From an uncultured Gammaproteobacteria bacterium (GTDB taxonomy: Bacteria; Pseudomonadota; Gammaproteobacteria; Steroidobacterales; SZUA-146): a DNA stretch of 64,000 bases. Positions 18,223 to 27,951 of this stretch are shown one piece after another. The stretch is taken from the NCBI GenBank assembly GCA_963922815.1, contig CAWUKD010000002.1:2128-66127 (forward strand), written 5' to 3'. Both the position numbers and the translations under genes were made by a program. Each line of letters begins with the position of its first letter. Within the stretch, counting starts at the first letter, position 1. The notes under the pieces were generated by a model. It saw only the letters and a program-made list of their open reading frames with translations. It did not search any database and was not told the origin of the DNA.

Positions 18223-19863
18223 TTATCCGCCGGTAAACGTCGCCCAGATCACGCCAACCACTACCAGAACCAGAGTGCTTAAAACCATGTCCGTTCGGCG
18301 CCAGCCAGCATCACTGGCCGACGCTGCCTTCTTCTGATCAACCGTGGCAAACGTGAGGTCTTTGAGTTTTTCGTCGTCAGGTGCCTGGGTCATCAGGCTT
18401 ACCAGCACCAGTGCCAACACGCAGATGATGAACAGGATAATCGCAAAGTGCAGGAAATTAATATTAACGACATCCAGCAATGCACCTGACAGGGACGCTT
18501 TATTCATTTCCAGAAGCAGCCGTCCGATGCCAAGCAGGAAGCCGATCACCAGTGCGGCAATAGCGCCGGTTGAATTAACGCGTTTCCAGAGTACGCCAAT
18601 CAGGAATACGGCCGCGATGGGTGGGGAAATATAGGCCTGCACGCTCTGGATGTACTTGAACAGCTCACCGGACAACAAGTCCATGAATGGAATCCAGAGG
18701 AGCCCGAAACCGACCAGTACGGCCGTGGCTATCCGGCCCACCGTGACCAGCGTGCGCTCCGAGGCGTCGGGCTGAATACGCTTGTAGATGTCCATGGTGA
18801 AAAGCGTGGAACAGGAGTTGAACACGGACGACAGTGAACTCATCAATGCGGCGAGAAGACCCGCCGCTACAAGACCGCGTAAACCGGCCGGAAGCAGGGT
18901 ATTCACAAGCTGAGGCAGCGCTTCGTCCGGGTGATCGAGCGGCATTGATCCTGATTTGAACATGACATAGGCGATTACGCCCGGCAGTACGAACAGGAAC
19001 AAAGGGAGCTGCTTGAGAAACGCGGCGAATATGGTGCCGCGTCGGGCGTGGTCCTGATTGTGGGCCGCCAGCACGCGCTGGACGATAAACTGGTCCGTAC
19101 ACCAGTACCATACGCCGAGAATCGGTGCACCAAACAGAATGCCGGTCCATGGAAAATCCGGGTGCGACATGGGTTTCCAAAGATCGAAATACTCAGCTCC
19201 CGCGCTGGCCTGGAGTCCCTGCCAGCCGCCCACATGATTTAAACCGATAACGGTGACAGCAATTGCTCCGCCGAGTAACACGAACATCTGCACCATATCG
19301 GTGTAAAGGACGGCTCGAAGGCCGCCCCAGATGGTGTAAATACCGGTGGCAATGACAACGATCAGGGCACCTGTCCAGAAATCGATGCCCATCAGCACTT
19401 TGAACACAATGCCACCCGCGGCAATGGTGACGGAAATTTTGGTCAGCACATAGCCGACGATTGAAATGATGGCGACGTACAGGCGAGGACCCGAGGAGTA
19501 CCGCCGTTCCAGAAATTCGGGCATGGTGAACACGCCGCTTGCCAGGTAGAACGGTACGAAAAGCCAGCCGAGCAGCAGCAGAATAAGCCCGGCCAGAATT
19601 TCAAACTGGGCCACGGCTACACCGCCCGAAGCCCCGGAACCGGCCAGCCCGATCAGGTGTTCTGATCCGATGTTGGAGGCAAACAGGGAGGCGCCAACGA
19701 TGAACCAGCCCGTGTTCTTGCCGGCCAGAAAGAATCCTTCGGTGTCGCTTCCGCCGGTACGCTGCATTCCGGAATAGAAGGCAACCCCGAAAATAATCAC
19801 GAAGTACACACCAACAACCACCCAATCGAGTGTGTCAAAAAGTCCCATTCCGGTAATCCCCAT
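18223..19863 (-). CDS. sodium:solute symporter (SGLT/vSGLT-like Na+/glucose-galactose type)
   Basis: About 14 TM helices, with FFLAGKNTGWFIVGASLFASNIGSEHLIGLAGSGA near the N-terminus. ATG 19861-19863 is preferred over the TTG of the ORF track. Confidence 0.85.
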   Translation of the reverse strand: MGITGMGLFDTLDWVVVGVYFVIIFGVAFYSGMQRTGGSDTEGFFLAGKNTGWFIVGASLFASNIGSEHLIGLAGSGASGGVAVAQFEILAGLILLLLGWLFVPFYLASGVFTMPEFLERRYSSGPRLYVAIISIVGYVLTKISVTIAAGGIVFKVLMGIDFWTGALIVVIATGIYTIWGGLRAVLYTDMVQMFVLLGGAIAVTVIGLNHVGGWQGLQASAGAEYFDLWKPMSHPDFPWTGILFGAPILGVWYWCTDQFIVQRVLAAHNQDHARRGTIFAAFLKQLPLFLFVLPGVIAYVMFKSGSMPLDHPDEALPQLVNTLLPAGLRGLVAAGLLAALMSSLSSVFNSCSTLFTMDIYKRIQPDASERTLVTVGRIATAVLVGFGLLWIPFMDLLSGELFKYIQSVQAYISPPIAAVFLIGVLWKRVNSTGAIAALVIGFLLGIGRLLLEMNKASLSGALLDVVNINFLHFAIILFIICVLALVLVSLMTQAPDDEKLKDLTFATVDQKKAASASDAGWRRTDMVLSTLVLVVVGVIWATFTGG

Positions 19864-19900
19864 TTGCACCAATATGTTGCTCTTTACAGTAGGCGGCGAC

Positions 19901-19914
19901 TGATAACGCTGTCA
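19901..19914. promoter_or_regulatory. LacI-type operator-like dyad TGATAACGCTGTCA
   Basis: Matches 12/14 to TGACAACGTTGTCA, 38 nt upstream of the symporter start. Confidence 0.4.
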
Positions 19915-20057
19915 ACAAGAGGTGGGTCGTTCGACAGTTTGGTGGTTGCAGTGGCCTGCTTTTTTCTATTTAACAGCCTGATTAATGCCCGATAAATTAG
20001 CCAAATAGGTAGTGTGGGTGAGTGATTTTTCAACAGTTGTCTATAAATCGACCAAAT

Positions 20058-20071
20058 TGACAACGATGTCA
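20058..20071. promoter_or_regulatory. LacI-type operator-like dyad TGACAACGATGTCA
   Basis: Matches 13/14 to the perfect palindrome at 9719-9732. It lies in the symporter/glk divergent region. Confidence 0.5.
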
Positions 20072-20211
20072 GTTCTGGCTATAACTCAGGAGCAGTCCGG
20101 CCGAATAAAATGGTGCGACGCAAGATAAATGCCTCGCGCTGTCTTGCATGCCCGATTGCCTGAGACACAGGTAACTGACCGGCCCGATAAAATAAGAATG
20201 GATAAGAATTG

Positions 20212-21294
20212 ATGAGTAACCGCTTCGAACAAGGCAACGGTAAACTGACCGGTAGTACCCGGACCGGTGGTGATCTCGAGCGCTCCGATCTCAATGGTTC
20301 GGATATGTCCGGAGTGCCAGACTACTCGCGTTTCGTAGCCGACATTGGCGGTACTCACGCACGGTTTGCTCTGGTCGATAACTCCGGGTCACGGCAGCGT
20401 TCTTTGGTTGATGTCAAAGTGTTTAACTGTGCTGATTTCGATGGTCCGGCTGAAACCCTGATTGCGTATCAGGAATACCTTGGCCACAGCTTGCCTGATC
20501 GCGCGTGCATTGCCGCCGCCGGTCCCGTCAACGCCGGAGAAGTCTATTTCACTAATCTGGACTGGCGCATGTCCGCCAAAGAGCTGCGAAAAGAGCTGGA
20601 CATCAAACAGGTAGAAATCGTTAATGATTTCACGGCGGTGGCTCATGCGGTTTCGAAGCTGTCCGACAAGGACATCCGAATCGTTCATCAAGGCACCAGG
20701 CAACGGGAAGGCAGACAGGTTGTGGTTGGGGCCGGAACCGGGCTTGGGGTGGCTGCGCTGTCAAATATTGATGGACAAGTTAGCGTAATCGACAGCGAAG
20801 GCGGGCATACGCGTTTTGCTCCGGCTGATGACGAAGAGCGTGAGCTGCTTAAATACCTGAGTCGCACTCAGGATTTCGTTTCGGTGGAAAAACTGCTGGC
20901 GGGCCCTGGAATCAGATCCATTCACAGCGCGCTGTGCCAGATCAATGGCACAACAGCGAAGGACCTGACGGCGGAAGAAATTACGTCCCATGCCCGCAGT
21001 GGAGCGCACCCGGACTGTGTGCGCACGGTGCAGGTTTACACCCGGATACTTGCGTCGTTTTGCACCAACCTCGCACTAACCTTCAATGCCCGCGGTGGCA
21101 TTTATCTGGTGGGAGAGATCTTCCGGTCGATTGAGCCGTTTCTGACGGACCCGGATTTCGAGCGTCGCTTCATTGATGCCGGCGCCATGGTACAGATGGT
21201 GAATGATACGGCGGTTTCACTGGTACTTGTGGAAGACCCCGGTTTATACGGGGCTGCGTTTTGCAGCATTAATGAGTCGGGCCAGGCTGCCTGA
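20212..21294 (+). CDS. glk: glucokinase
   Basis: FVADIGGTHARFALVD ATP-binding N-terminus and Glk-like length. The start is uncertain: ATG 20305 (MSGVPDYSRFVADIGGT) gives a more canonical N-terminus. Confidence 0.85.
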   Translation: MSNRFEQGNGKLTGSTRTGGDLERSDLNGSDMSGVPDYSRFVADIGGTHARFALVDNSGSRQRSLVDVKVFNCADFDGPAETLIAYQEYLGHSLPDRACIAAAGPVNAGEVYFTNLDWRMSAKELRKELDIKQVEIVNDFTAVAHAVSKLSDKDIRIVHQGTRQREGRQVVVGAGTGLGVAALSNIDGQVSVIDSEGGHTRFAPADDEERELLKYLSRTQDFVSVEKLLAGPGIRSIHSALCQINGTTAKDLTAEEITSHARSGAHPDCVRTVQVYTRILASFCTNLALTFNARGGIYLVGEIFRSIEPFLTDPDFERRFIDAGAMVQMVNDTAVSLVLVEDPGLYGAAFCSINESGQAA

Positions 21295-21333
21295 ACATCG
21301 GCTCAAACCAGTATCTGACTGCGCTTAAGGCAG

Positions 21334-22350
21334 TCACTCACGGGCCCGCCCCGTTGATTCCCGCAATACCAAAGATGAGTCAATAGACGCAGATTGCACA
21401 GCGGCCGGCTGGCTGTGCAACTGATCCAGTAACAGAGAGGCAGCCCGCTCTCCCATGCGTTTTACCGGTTGTTTGACAGTGGTCAGCGAGGGCCAGACCT
21501 GGCTGGCCATGGGGATGTCGTCAAATCCTGCCACCGACAGATCCTGCGGCATGGAAAGCTTCATTTCGTGAGCAACCCGCAGTACGCCCGTCGCCATGTC
21601 GTCGTTACTGGCAATAATGGCCGTAGGACGGTGGCTGTGCAGCAGCAGTTTCCGCGCACACTCTTCGCCGGATTCAAAACTGTTGTTACCCTGCATGACC
21701 AGCTCATTGTCCATGTCGATACCGCTTGATTTCAGGCCGTCCTGATAACCCTGAAAGCGATTCGCCACGGCCTTGTGATCAGGATGGCCGACGATAAAAC
21801 CTATGCGGGTATGCCCCAGCGATGCGAGATAGCGGGTTAGGTCTGCGACGGCATCGCGATCATTGGTTGTCACCATGGCGCTTCCGGTATCCGGTTCCAC
21901 GGCGCCGATACGTACATTGGGCGTTTTGAGCTCCTTGAGTCGTGCAAGGAGATCATGATCGTCGGAAAGTGGCGGAGTCAGGATCAGACCGTCTGCATTG
22001 GCATGACGCACGAGCGCTTCGATTTCGTCCGAAATTCCCGGGTCGCGGTAACTGCACGGATGTATCAGCAGGTCGTAGCCACGTCGTCGCGTCTCGTCAA
22101 TCACACCTTGCTGCACTCGCGCCACGTAGCTTGGGCTTGGGTTGTCGTACAGCAGTCCAATCAGGTAAGAGCGGCGGCCTTTCAGGCTTCGCGCCGAGGC
22201 GTTTGGTCGGTAGTTCAGTTCCTTAATGGCTTTTTGAACAACGGCGCGAGTATTGTCACGGACGTTGGGTTCATCGTTGATGACGCGAGACACCGTCTTG
22301 ATCGACACGCCGGCGCGTTTGGCAACGTCATGAATACTTTTTTTAGTCAC
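21334..22350 (-). CDS. LacI family transcriptional regulator
   Basis: GTG start at 22350 preceded by GGAG with a 7-nt spacer. HTH KSIHDVAKRAGVSIKTVSRVINDEPNVRDNTR and a periplasmic-binding-protein-like core. Confidence 0.85.
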   Translation of the reverse strand: MTKKSIHDVAKRAGVSIKTVSRVINDEPNVRDNTRAVVQKAIKELNYRPNASARSLKGRRSYLIGLLYDNPSPSYVARVQQGVIDETRRRGYDLLIHPCSYRDPGISDEIEALVRHANADGLILTPPLSDDHDLLARLKELKTPNVRIGAVEPDTGSAMVTTNDRDAVADLTRYLASLGHTRIGFIVGHPDHKAVANRFQGYQDGLKSSGIDMDNELVMQGNNSFESGEECARKLLLHSHRPTAIIASNDDMATGVLRVAHEMKLSMPQDLSVAGFDDIPMASQVWPSLTTVKQPVKRMGERAASLLLDQLHSQPAAVQSASIDSSLVLRESTGRARE

Positions 22351-22521
22351 CGTGGTACTCCAAAAGCAGGTCCTCCGACCAATCCCGCTGGGATTCCGGC
22401 TCGGACAGACCCCGTGCATAGATGAGAGAACTGACGTAACAGTGTACTGGCTGATGAACGGAGGCGAAAGTTTCGTCGGGTAGAGCTCGTGCCGGTTCAG
22501 GCCTAATTCGCCAAAACCCGC

Positions 22522-24387
22522 CTAGAAAATCAGATTGAGCACGATCAGAGAGACCACAATAAATAAAATGGTCATGGCGCTGCCGGCGCGAATAAAATCG
22601 GCGACCCGGTAATCTCCAGGCCCCATGACGAGGGCATTTACCTGGTGGGTTGGAATCAGAAACGAATTCGACGTCGAAATGGCCACCGTGAGCGCGAACA
22701 TGGCCGGATCTGCGCCTGTGGCCACGGCGATATTGATCGCGATAGGCACCAGAATAACGGTTGCCCCGATGTTGGATATAACCAGGGTAAACGCGGCGGC
22801 GATAACGGCGAGCATGAGTTGCAGTACCCAGGTCGGTACGCCATCGAATACGTGCAGCGTGTGAAGGGCGATATAGTTGGCCGCACCGGAAGATTCCACG
22901 GCGTGGCCAAGGGGTAACAGCCCAGCCAGAAGGAAGACGGTTTTCCAGCTCACCGCGCTATACGCTTCGTCCATGGTCAGCACGCCGGTGACAATCATGC
23001 CGACTGCGCCGGTAAGAAGTGCGATGGGCAGCAGAATGTTGGTGAACAGCACCATGCTCAGGGCCAGAGCGAAAAATCCGACAGCCAGTAGTAACTTGAA
23101 CGGTTTACGCTCTTCTCTTGGGTAGTCCGAAGTAACAATAACCATATCGCGATCGGATTCCAGACGAGCAAGATTGTCCCAGCGTGTATGACACAGCAGG
23201 GTGTCGCCGGCCTGGAACGGAATGTCCTGCAGCTTGTGCGTGATGCTCGTATCGCCTCGATAGATGGATAGCAAACTCAGGCCATACGACATGCGCATGC
23301 GCGTTTCCCTGACACTCTTGCCAATCAGCGTGGAGTCTGGCGGCACGATAATTTCCGCGATACCGGCGATCGAGCGCGCCAGCAGGTGACGAAACTCAAC
23401 CAGTTTGGGTCGAAGACGCAGCCCGTTTGCCACAATGAAGTGTTTGAGTTCGTCGTGCTGGGCAATGACGGCCAGCGTGGCAGGTGCTGCGATCGGTGCT
23501 TCGATCGGGGGAGCAACGAGTACCTTGCCTGCGTAGCGAGAGGCTACAATTCGAACCTCAAACTCGCGCTGGACGCTTTTTATATCATGACCGACCAGAG
23601 GGCTATCAATCGGTACCTCAACTTCGCGTACCGCGGCGTCGACGCCATGCATCCGCCGCAAATAGCGAATTGTACCGGCGCCACGGGTGACAACTTTACG
23701 TTCGCCCCGAGGCAAAACGTAGCGACCAAATAGAATGAAATAGGCCAGCCCGGCCGCGACCAGCGCAATACCCACAGGCGCGACAGAAAACAGCCCGAAG
23801 TGCTCCATTTGGTCGGCTTCCGAGAGTGACGCATTGGCGGCGTCGAGCAGGTCATTGAGCATGATGAGAGGACTGGACGCAATCATCGTCATGGTGCCGC
23901 CGAGAATGGCGCAAAACCCCATGGGCATCACCAGTCGTGACATTGGCAGGCCCGTTCGCGAGGAGATTCGGGCCACTACCGGCAGGAACAGCGCGGTGGC
24001 GCCTACGTTTTGCATAAATGCCGAAATAAACGCTACGGTGCTGGAGATCAGCATGACAATTTTTGATTCGGTCTGACTGCCGATTCTCATGATGACCCAG
24101 GCAACGCGTTCCATCACGCCGGTCTTGTCGAGACCGCCGCCCAGTATCATCACGGCGATAATGGAGACCACCGCGTTACTGGACAGGCCGGAAAACAGAA
24201 CGGAGGGGTCGAGCAGGCCGTCAAAGCCCGGTATATAAACGACCAGACCCAGCAGGGTCATAACCAGCAAGGCGGTTACGTCTACACGAAGATATTCTTT
24301 ACTGAAAAGCACGACTGCCAGCACCACAAGCCCCAGAACGAGCATGATTTCAGTAGTGAGCGAGGGCAGTGCATCCATGTTGTGCAC
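22522..24387 (-). CDS. SLC13/DASS family anion permease with two central TrkA-C domains
   Basis: 621 aa. Two hydrophobic transporter halves flank a soluble region of about 200 aa that has a duplicated TrkA-C-like pattern. Confidence 0.85.
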   Translation of the reverse strand: MHNMDALPSLTTEIMLVLGLVVLAVVLFSKEYLRVDVTALLVMTLLGLVVYIPGFDGLLDPSVLFSGLSSNAVVSIIAVMILGGGLDKTGVMERVAWVIMRIGSQTESKIVMLISSTVAFISAFMQNVGATALFLPVVARISSRTGLPMSRLVMPMGFCAILGGTMTMIASSPLIMLNDLLDAANASLSEADQMEHFGLFSVAPVGIALVAAGLAYFILFGRYVLPRGERKVVTRGAGTIRYLRRMHGVDAAVREVEVPIDSPLVGHDIKSVQREFEVRIVASRYAGKVLVAPPIEAPIAAPATLAVIAQHDELKHFIVANGLRLRPKLVEFRHLLARSIAGIAEIIVPPDSTLIGKSVRETRMRMSYGLSLLSIYRGDTSITHKLQDIPFQAGDTLLCHTRWDNLARLESDRDMVIVTSDYPREERKPFKLLLAVGFFALALSMVLFTNILLPIALLTGAVGMIVTGVLTMDEAYSAVSWKTVFLLAGLLPLGHAVESSGAANYIALHTLHVFDGVPTWVLQLMLAVIAAAFTLVISNIGATVILVPIAINIAVATGADPAMFALTVAISTSNSFLIPTHQVNALVMGPGDYRVADFIRAGSAMTILFIVVSLIVLNLIF

Positions 24388-24676
24388 AGAATACCATGTA
24401 TCCGCGTGATCCGATTATACGAATTGTGTACGGCGCACTGATCGATTCGCCAAACTACTGGCACGCTGCATCATCCGATCCAATATTCGCAGCCTGCCTG
24501 CGACCGATCCGTGACCGGAGAGAACAATGAATTCGACCAAGCGCGACTTACTGATGAGCCGCTGGACAGGCTGGGGCCGGCAATGTGACGCGTTAAGCGC
24601 CTGCGGGTAGCCTAACTCAAACCGCGCCGACCGGTGGGATGGGCCCCGAGGCCGGTTTGGTCGAGAGCTCCGGGAA

Positions 24677-25006
24677 CTATGTTTTCTTGCTGTTGCGGCA
24701 GGCTGCTTCCCAGGCCAGCGTGGCCCAGCGTTTCATTTCGTCCGGGTCTTCGAGGGTTTCGGGAGGCGCTTCGTAGTAACTCATTTTTACCAGCTTGCCG
24801 GCTTTGTTGTACATGAACGGCTGTGAACCCGCCGCTTTGAACAAGGATAAGGTATCGCTATCGATCTTCAGGTAAAGCGTGTCGTCGGCTACCAGTCCGA
24901 TCATGAGTCCGTCGTGATAGATGCCGTAACCACCAAACATGCGTTTGCTGTTGACGCTGCCAAACTCGGCGAATTGTTCCTGCAGGAAATCCACAAATTC
25001 AGACAT
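24677..25006 (-). CDS. TfoX/Sxy N-terminal-domain protein (short form)
   Basis: 109 aa with KRMFGGYGIYHDGLMIGLVADDTLYLK, typical of TfoX_N. No TfoX C-terminal domain is present. Confidence 0.8.
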   Translation of the reverse strand: MSEFVDFLQEQFAEFGSVNSKRMFGGYGIYHDGLMIGLVADDTLYLKIDSDTLSLFKAAGSQPFMYNKAGKLVKMSYYEAPPETLEDPDEMKRWATLAWEAACRNSKKT

Positions 25007-25060
25007 TAGTCATTCCCGTGATGTGATTTCAGGTGACTCGCGAACGTCATTTCGCAAGTG

Positions 25061-25498
25061 CTATTTGGGGCTTGTCGAATTCTCGCTCTCACGACAGTCA
25101 ATCCACTCGGTATCGCCGTCGACGTAGAGTTCTTTTTTCCAGATGGGAACCCGAGCCTTCACTTCGTCGATAATGTACCGGCACGCCCTGAACGCTGCAT
25201 CGCGATGATCGCTGCCGGCGCCGACCCAGACGGCGATGCCGCCGATGGCCAGGGGGCCAATACGATGCTGGCAACGCGCGGTGCGCACGTCAAAGCGCTC
25301 AAGCGCTTCGTTGATGATGGCATTTCCTTCGCGCACGGCGAGTGCTTCGTAGGCTTCATAGTGCAGTCCCCGCACGGATCGCCCTTCGTTGTGATCCCGA
25401 ACCCAGCCCTCAAAGGATACAAATCCGCCCGAGGCATCGTGGGCATGCTCGGAGCGCAGTGCGTCAGTATCAATATCGCTGTCGGTCAATTCGAACAC
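25061..25498 (-). CDS. moaE: molybdopterin synthase catalytic subunit
   Basis: 145 aa with GGFVSFEGWVRDHNEGRSV..HYEAY..A and PIWKKE motifs. Confidence 0.9.
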   Translation of the reverse strand: MFELTDSDIDTDALRSEHAHDASGGFVSFEGWVRDHNEGRSVRGLHYEAYEALAVREGNAIINEALERFDVRTARCQHRIGPLAIGGIAVWVGAGSDHRDAAFRACRYIIDEVKARVPIWKKELYVDGDTEWIDCRESENSTSPK

Positions 25499-25505
25499 GA
25501 GTTGT

Positions 25506-25748
25506 TTAGCCCCCGGACACAGGCGGAATAAAGACCAGACGATCGCCGTCGCTTAACGCGTGACTCCAGGGTGCAAACTCATCGTTTACGGCAAGCTTCA
25601 GGTCGTCAACGGTTTGAGTGAAGCCGTGTTGATTGACGAGCAGTGCATAAATTTCCGTGGCGTCTGTCAAATCTGTACTCAGCGACTGTGAGTTGATACC
25701 CGCCTGTTCACGCAGCGCGGCGAAGTATTCAATATGAAGCGTAATCAT
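25506..25748 (-). CDS. moaD: molybdopterin synthase sulfur-carrier subunit
   Basis: 80 aa, ubiquitin-like, C-terminal ...PPVSGG. It overlaps moaC by 4 nt. Confidence 0.85.
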   Translation of the reverse strand: MITLHIEYFAALREQAGINSQSLSTDLTDATEIYALLVNQHGFTQTVDDLKLAVNDEFAPWSHALSDGDRLVFIPPVSGG

Positions 25749-26221
25749 GCTTGGCCAACGTCGGATTTTCCGCCGGTTTTCCTAACCAGGTGCGTTTCGC
25801 GGATGACAATATCGTGAGACAGCGCCTTGCACATGTCGTAAAGCGTCAGCGCCGCTACCGATGCACCGGTCATGGCTTCCATTTCCACGCCAGTCCTGTG
25901 CACGACTTTGCAGGTTGCGGTGACCACCAGCGCGTTTGAGTCTTCGTCTTCAGTGATGTCAATGTGGATGCTGTCCAGTGGCAGTGGATGGCAAAACGGG
26001 ATGAGTTCATGCGTACGTTTTGCTGCCATGACGCCGGCGATAATGGCGGTGTCGATGATCGGTCCTTTCTTGCTTCGCAGTCCCTGCGAGTGCAGCGCGG
26101 CAAACACTTCCGGCGGAAACACAACCTGCGACTCGGCGGTGGCGCTTCGTGCGGTGGCCGTTTTTTCGGACACATCGACCATCGTGGGTTTGTTGTGCTT
26201 GTCTACGTGCGAGATAGCCAC
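25745..26221 (-). CDS. moaC: cyclic pyranopterin monophosphate synthase
   Basis: 158 aa with [19 protein letters not shown] and [24 protein letters not shown]. Confidence 0.9.
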   Translation of the reverse strand: MAISHVDKHNKPTMVDVSEKTATARSATAESQVVFPPEVFAALHSQGLRSKKGPIIDTAIIAGVMAAKRTHELIPFCHPLPLDSIHIDITEDEDSNALVVTATCKVVHRTGVEMEAMTGASVAALTLYDMCKALSHDIVIRETHLVRKTGGKSDVGQA

Positions 26222-26350
26222 GGCGAAGATCCTGTGTGTCGCGAGATGACCGTAAAGTGTAACGCGAGGCAGGCCTGAAACAAACCTGAATTCCAGCCTG
26301 GTGTGATAGAATCGGGACTCTGCTCTGAATAAACGGGGCGTCCGCAGCCA

Positions 26351-27373
26351 GTGTCAAACATGTCCCAGGTAAACTCCAGCACTTCTCCGGAATTACGTGA
26401 TGCGTTTGGACGCCAGGTCACCTATTTGCGCATGTCCGTCACGGACCGGTGCGATTTTCGATGTCGCTATTGCATGGATGAGAATCCGACGTTCCTCCCC
26501 CGAAAGAACGTGCTGAGCCTCGAAGAACTGGCGCTGGTTGGCAAGGCGATGATCGGCCTCGGCGTGAACAAGATTAGACTGACCGGGGGTGAGCCGCTGG
26601 TCCGCCGCGACGTATTGTGGCTGGTGCAGCAGCTGGGTCTGGAATCCGGTCTCGAAGACTTTGCCATGACTACCAATGGATCGCAGCTGGCAAAATACGC
26701 GGTCGACCTGGCAAAGGCGGGGCTGAAGCGATTGAATGTCAGCGTCGATACCCTGGATGCACTTACCTTTCGTGACCTGACACGAATCGGTGACCTGGAT
26801 CAGGTGCTCGACGGAATCAGGCATGCACAAGAGGCCGGGTTTCGTCGTATAAAACTTAACAGCGTAGTCATGCGTGGTTTTAACGACGGCCAGATTCTCC
26901 CGCTTCTGGATTACGTTCTGGAACGGAACATGGATATCAGTTTCATCGAAGAAATGCCGCTGGGTGTGGTGACCGACCACAGTCGCAAAGACGCTTTCTT
27001 TTCCAGTCAGGAAGTTCGCGACGTGATTGACGCCCGGTATCATCTGGTGCGTTCCTCTGACACGACCGGTGGCCCGTCGCGCTACTGGACGATTGACGGT
27101 TATCAGAGTCGCATCGGGTTTATCAGCCCCCATAGTGAAAACTTCTGCTCAACCTGCAACCGGGTTCGACTAACGGCCGAGGGCAAATTGTTGCTGTGCC
27201 TCGGACACGAAAATGCGCTTGATCTGAGGGCCGTGACCCGGGCGCACCCGGGCAGCGTTGAAGCGATTCAGTCGGCAGTCCTCGACGGCATCCGGCACAA
27301 GCCCGAACGGCACGAATTCAGTCACGAACCCGAAGTCAAAGTGCTTCGATATATGCACCACACTGGCGGATAG
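26351..27373 (+). CDS. moaA: GTP 3',8-cyclase (radical SAM)
   Basis: [17 protein letters not shown] cluster and C-terminal [15 protein letters not shown]. The start may be ATG 26360 rather than GTG 26351. Confidence 0.9.
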   Translation: MSNMSQVNSSTSPELRDAFGRQVTYLRMSVTDRCDFRCRYCMDENPTFLPRKNVLSLEELALVGKAMIGLGVNKIRLTGGEPLVRRDVLWLVQQLGLESGLEDFAMTTNGSQLAKYAVDLAKAGLKRLNVSVDTLDALTFRDLTRIGDLDQVLDGIRHAQEAGFRRIKLNSVVMRGFNDGQILPLLDYVLERNMDISFIEEMPLGVVTDHSRKDAFFSSQEVRDVIDARYHLVRSSDTTGGPSRYWTIDGYQSRIGFISPHSENFCSTCNRVRLTAEGKLLLCLGHENALDLRAVTRAHPGSVEAIQSAVLDGIRHKPERHEFSHEPEVKVLRYMHHTGG

Positions 27374-27381
27374 CCCGTGCA

Positions 27382-27951
27382 ATGATAGCTGCGGTGCGCG
27401 ATCAGGTGACCGGCGTGGTTCTGGCAGGAGGGCAATCTCTTCGCATGGGTGGTCGTAACAAGGCGCTCGTGGAGTTTCACGGCAAGCGTTTGTATCAATA
27501 TGCCGTTGGCAACCTCGAAGCGTGCTCCAGCCGGATCTGTATCAATGCCAATCGGGACGAGGACGTGTTTCTCGAAGCCGGATTTGATGTTGTTGGGGAC
27601 GGATATTTTGCGGGCCACGGTCCTGTCGCCGGCCTACGTGCAGCGCTAAAATTTGCCTCGACGCCCTACGTGGCGATCGCGTCATGTGATCAGATGGAAC
27701 TGCCCGATGAGGTCTACCGGACGCTCTGTGCTGAAGTGACCCAGACGTCGGCGGTTTACGCGGTTAGCGGCAGCGACCTGATTCCTACCTGTGCGGTCTT
27801 GCCCGTAACATTTGAAGTGGCCGCGACTGCGGCACTGACTTCCGGACAGCGCGCTTTGACCCGATTCATGGATGAGATTGGGCGACAGGTTCGGTTTGAT
27901 CACGTGACGTTTTCCAATCTGAATTACCGGCACCAGGTTAAACCGGAATGA
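27382..27951 (+). CDS. mobA: molybdenum cofactor guanylyltransferase
   Basis: GVVLAGGQSLRMGGRNKAL N-terminal nucleotide-binding motif; 189 aa. Confidence 0.85.
   Translation: MIAAVRDQVTGVVLAGGQSLRMGGRNKALVEFHGKRLYQYAVGNLEACSSRICINANRDEDVFLEAGFDVVGDGYFAGHGPVAGLRAALKFASTPYVAIASCDQMELPDEVYRTLCAEVTQTSAVYAVSGSDLIPTCAVLPVTFEVAATAALTSGQRALTRFMDEIGRQVRFDHVTFSNLNYRHQVKPE

Noticed and set aside
20209-20304. N-terminal extensions offered by the ORF track for many genes (for example glk, DUF2799, MscS, LacI, MoaB, response regulator, glpK, acyl-CoA ligase, VPLPA protein, PQQ dehydrogenase).
   Set aside because: The extensions begin at non-ATG codons or lack RBSs. They would bury signal peptides or lipoboxes, or add non-homologous residues ahead of conserved N-termini. 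Internal starts with better context were chosen; glk remains ambiguous.
26222-26350. A possible Moco riboswitch in the moaC/moaA divergent region.
   Set aside because: The leader before moaA is only ~130 nt and is shared with the divergent promoter. I could not recognise the conserved Moco-motif core by eye. It would need an Infernal scan with the Moco_RNA_motif model to settle.
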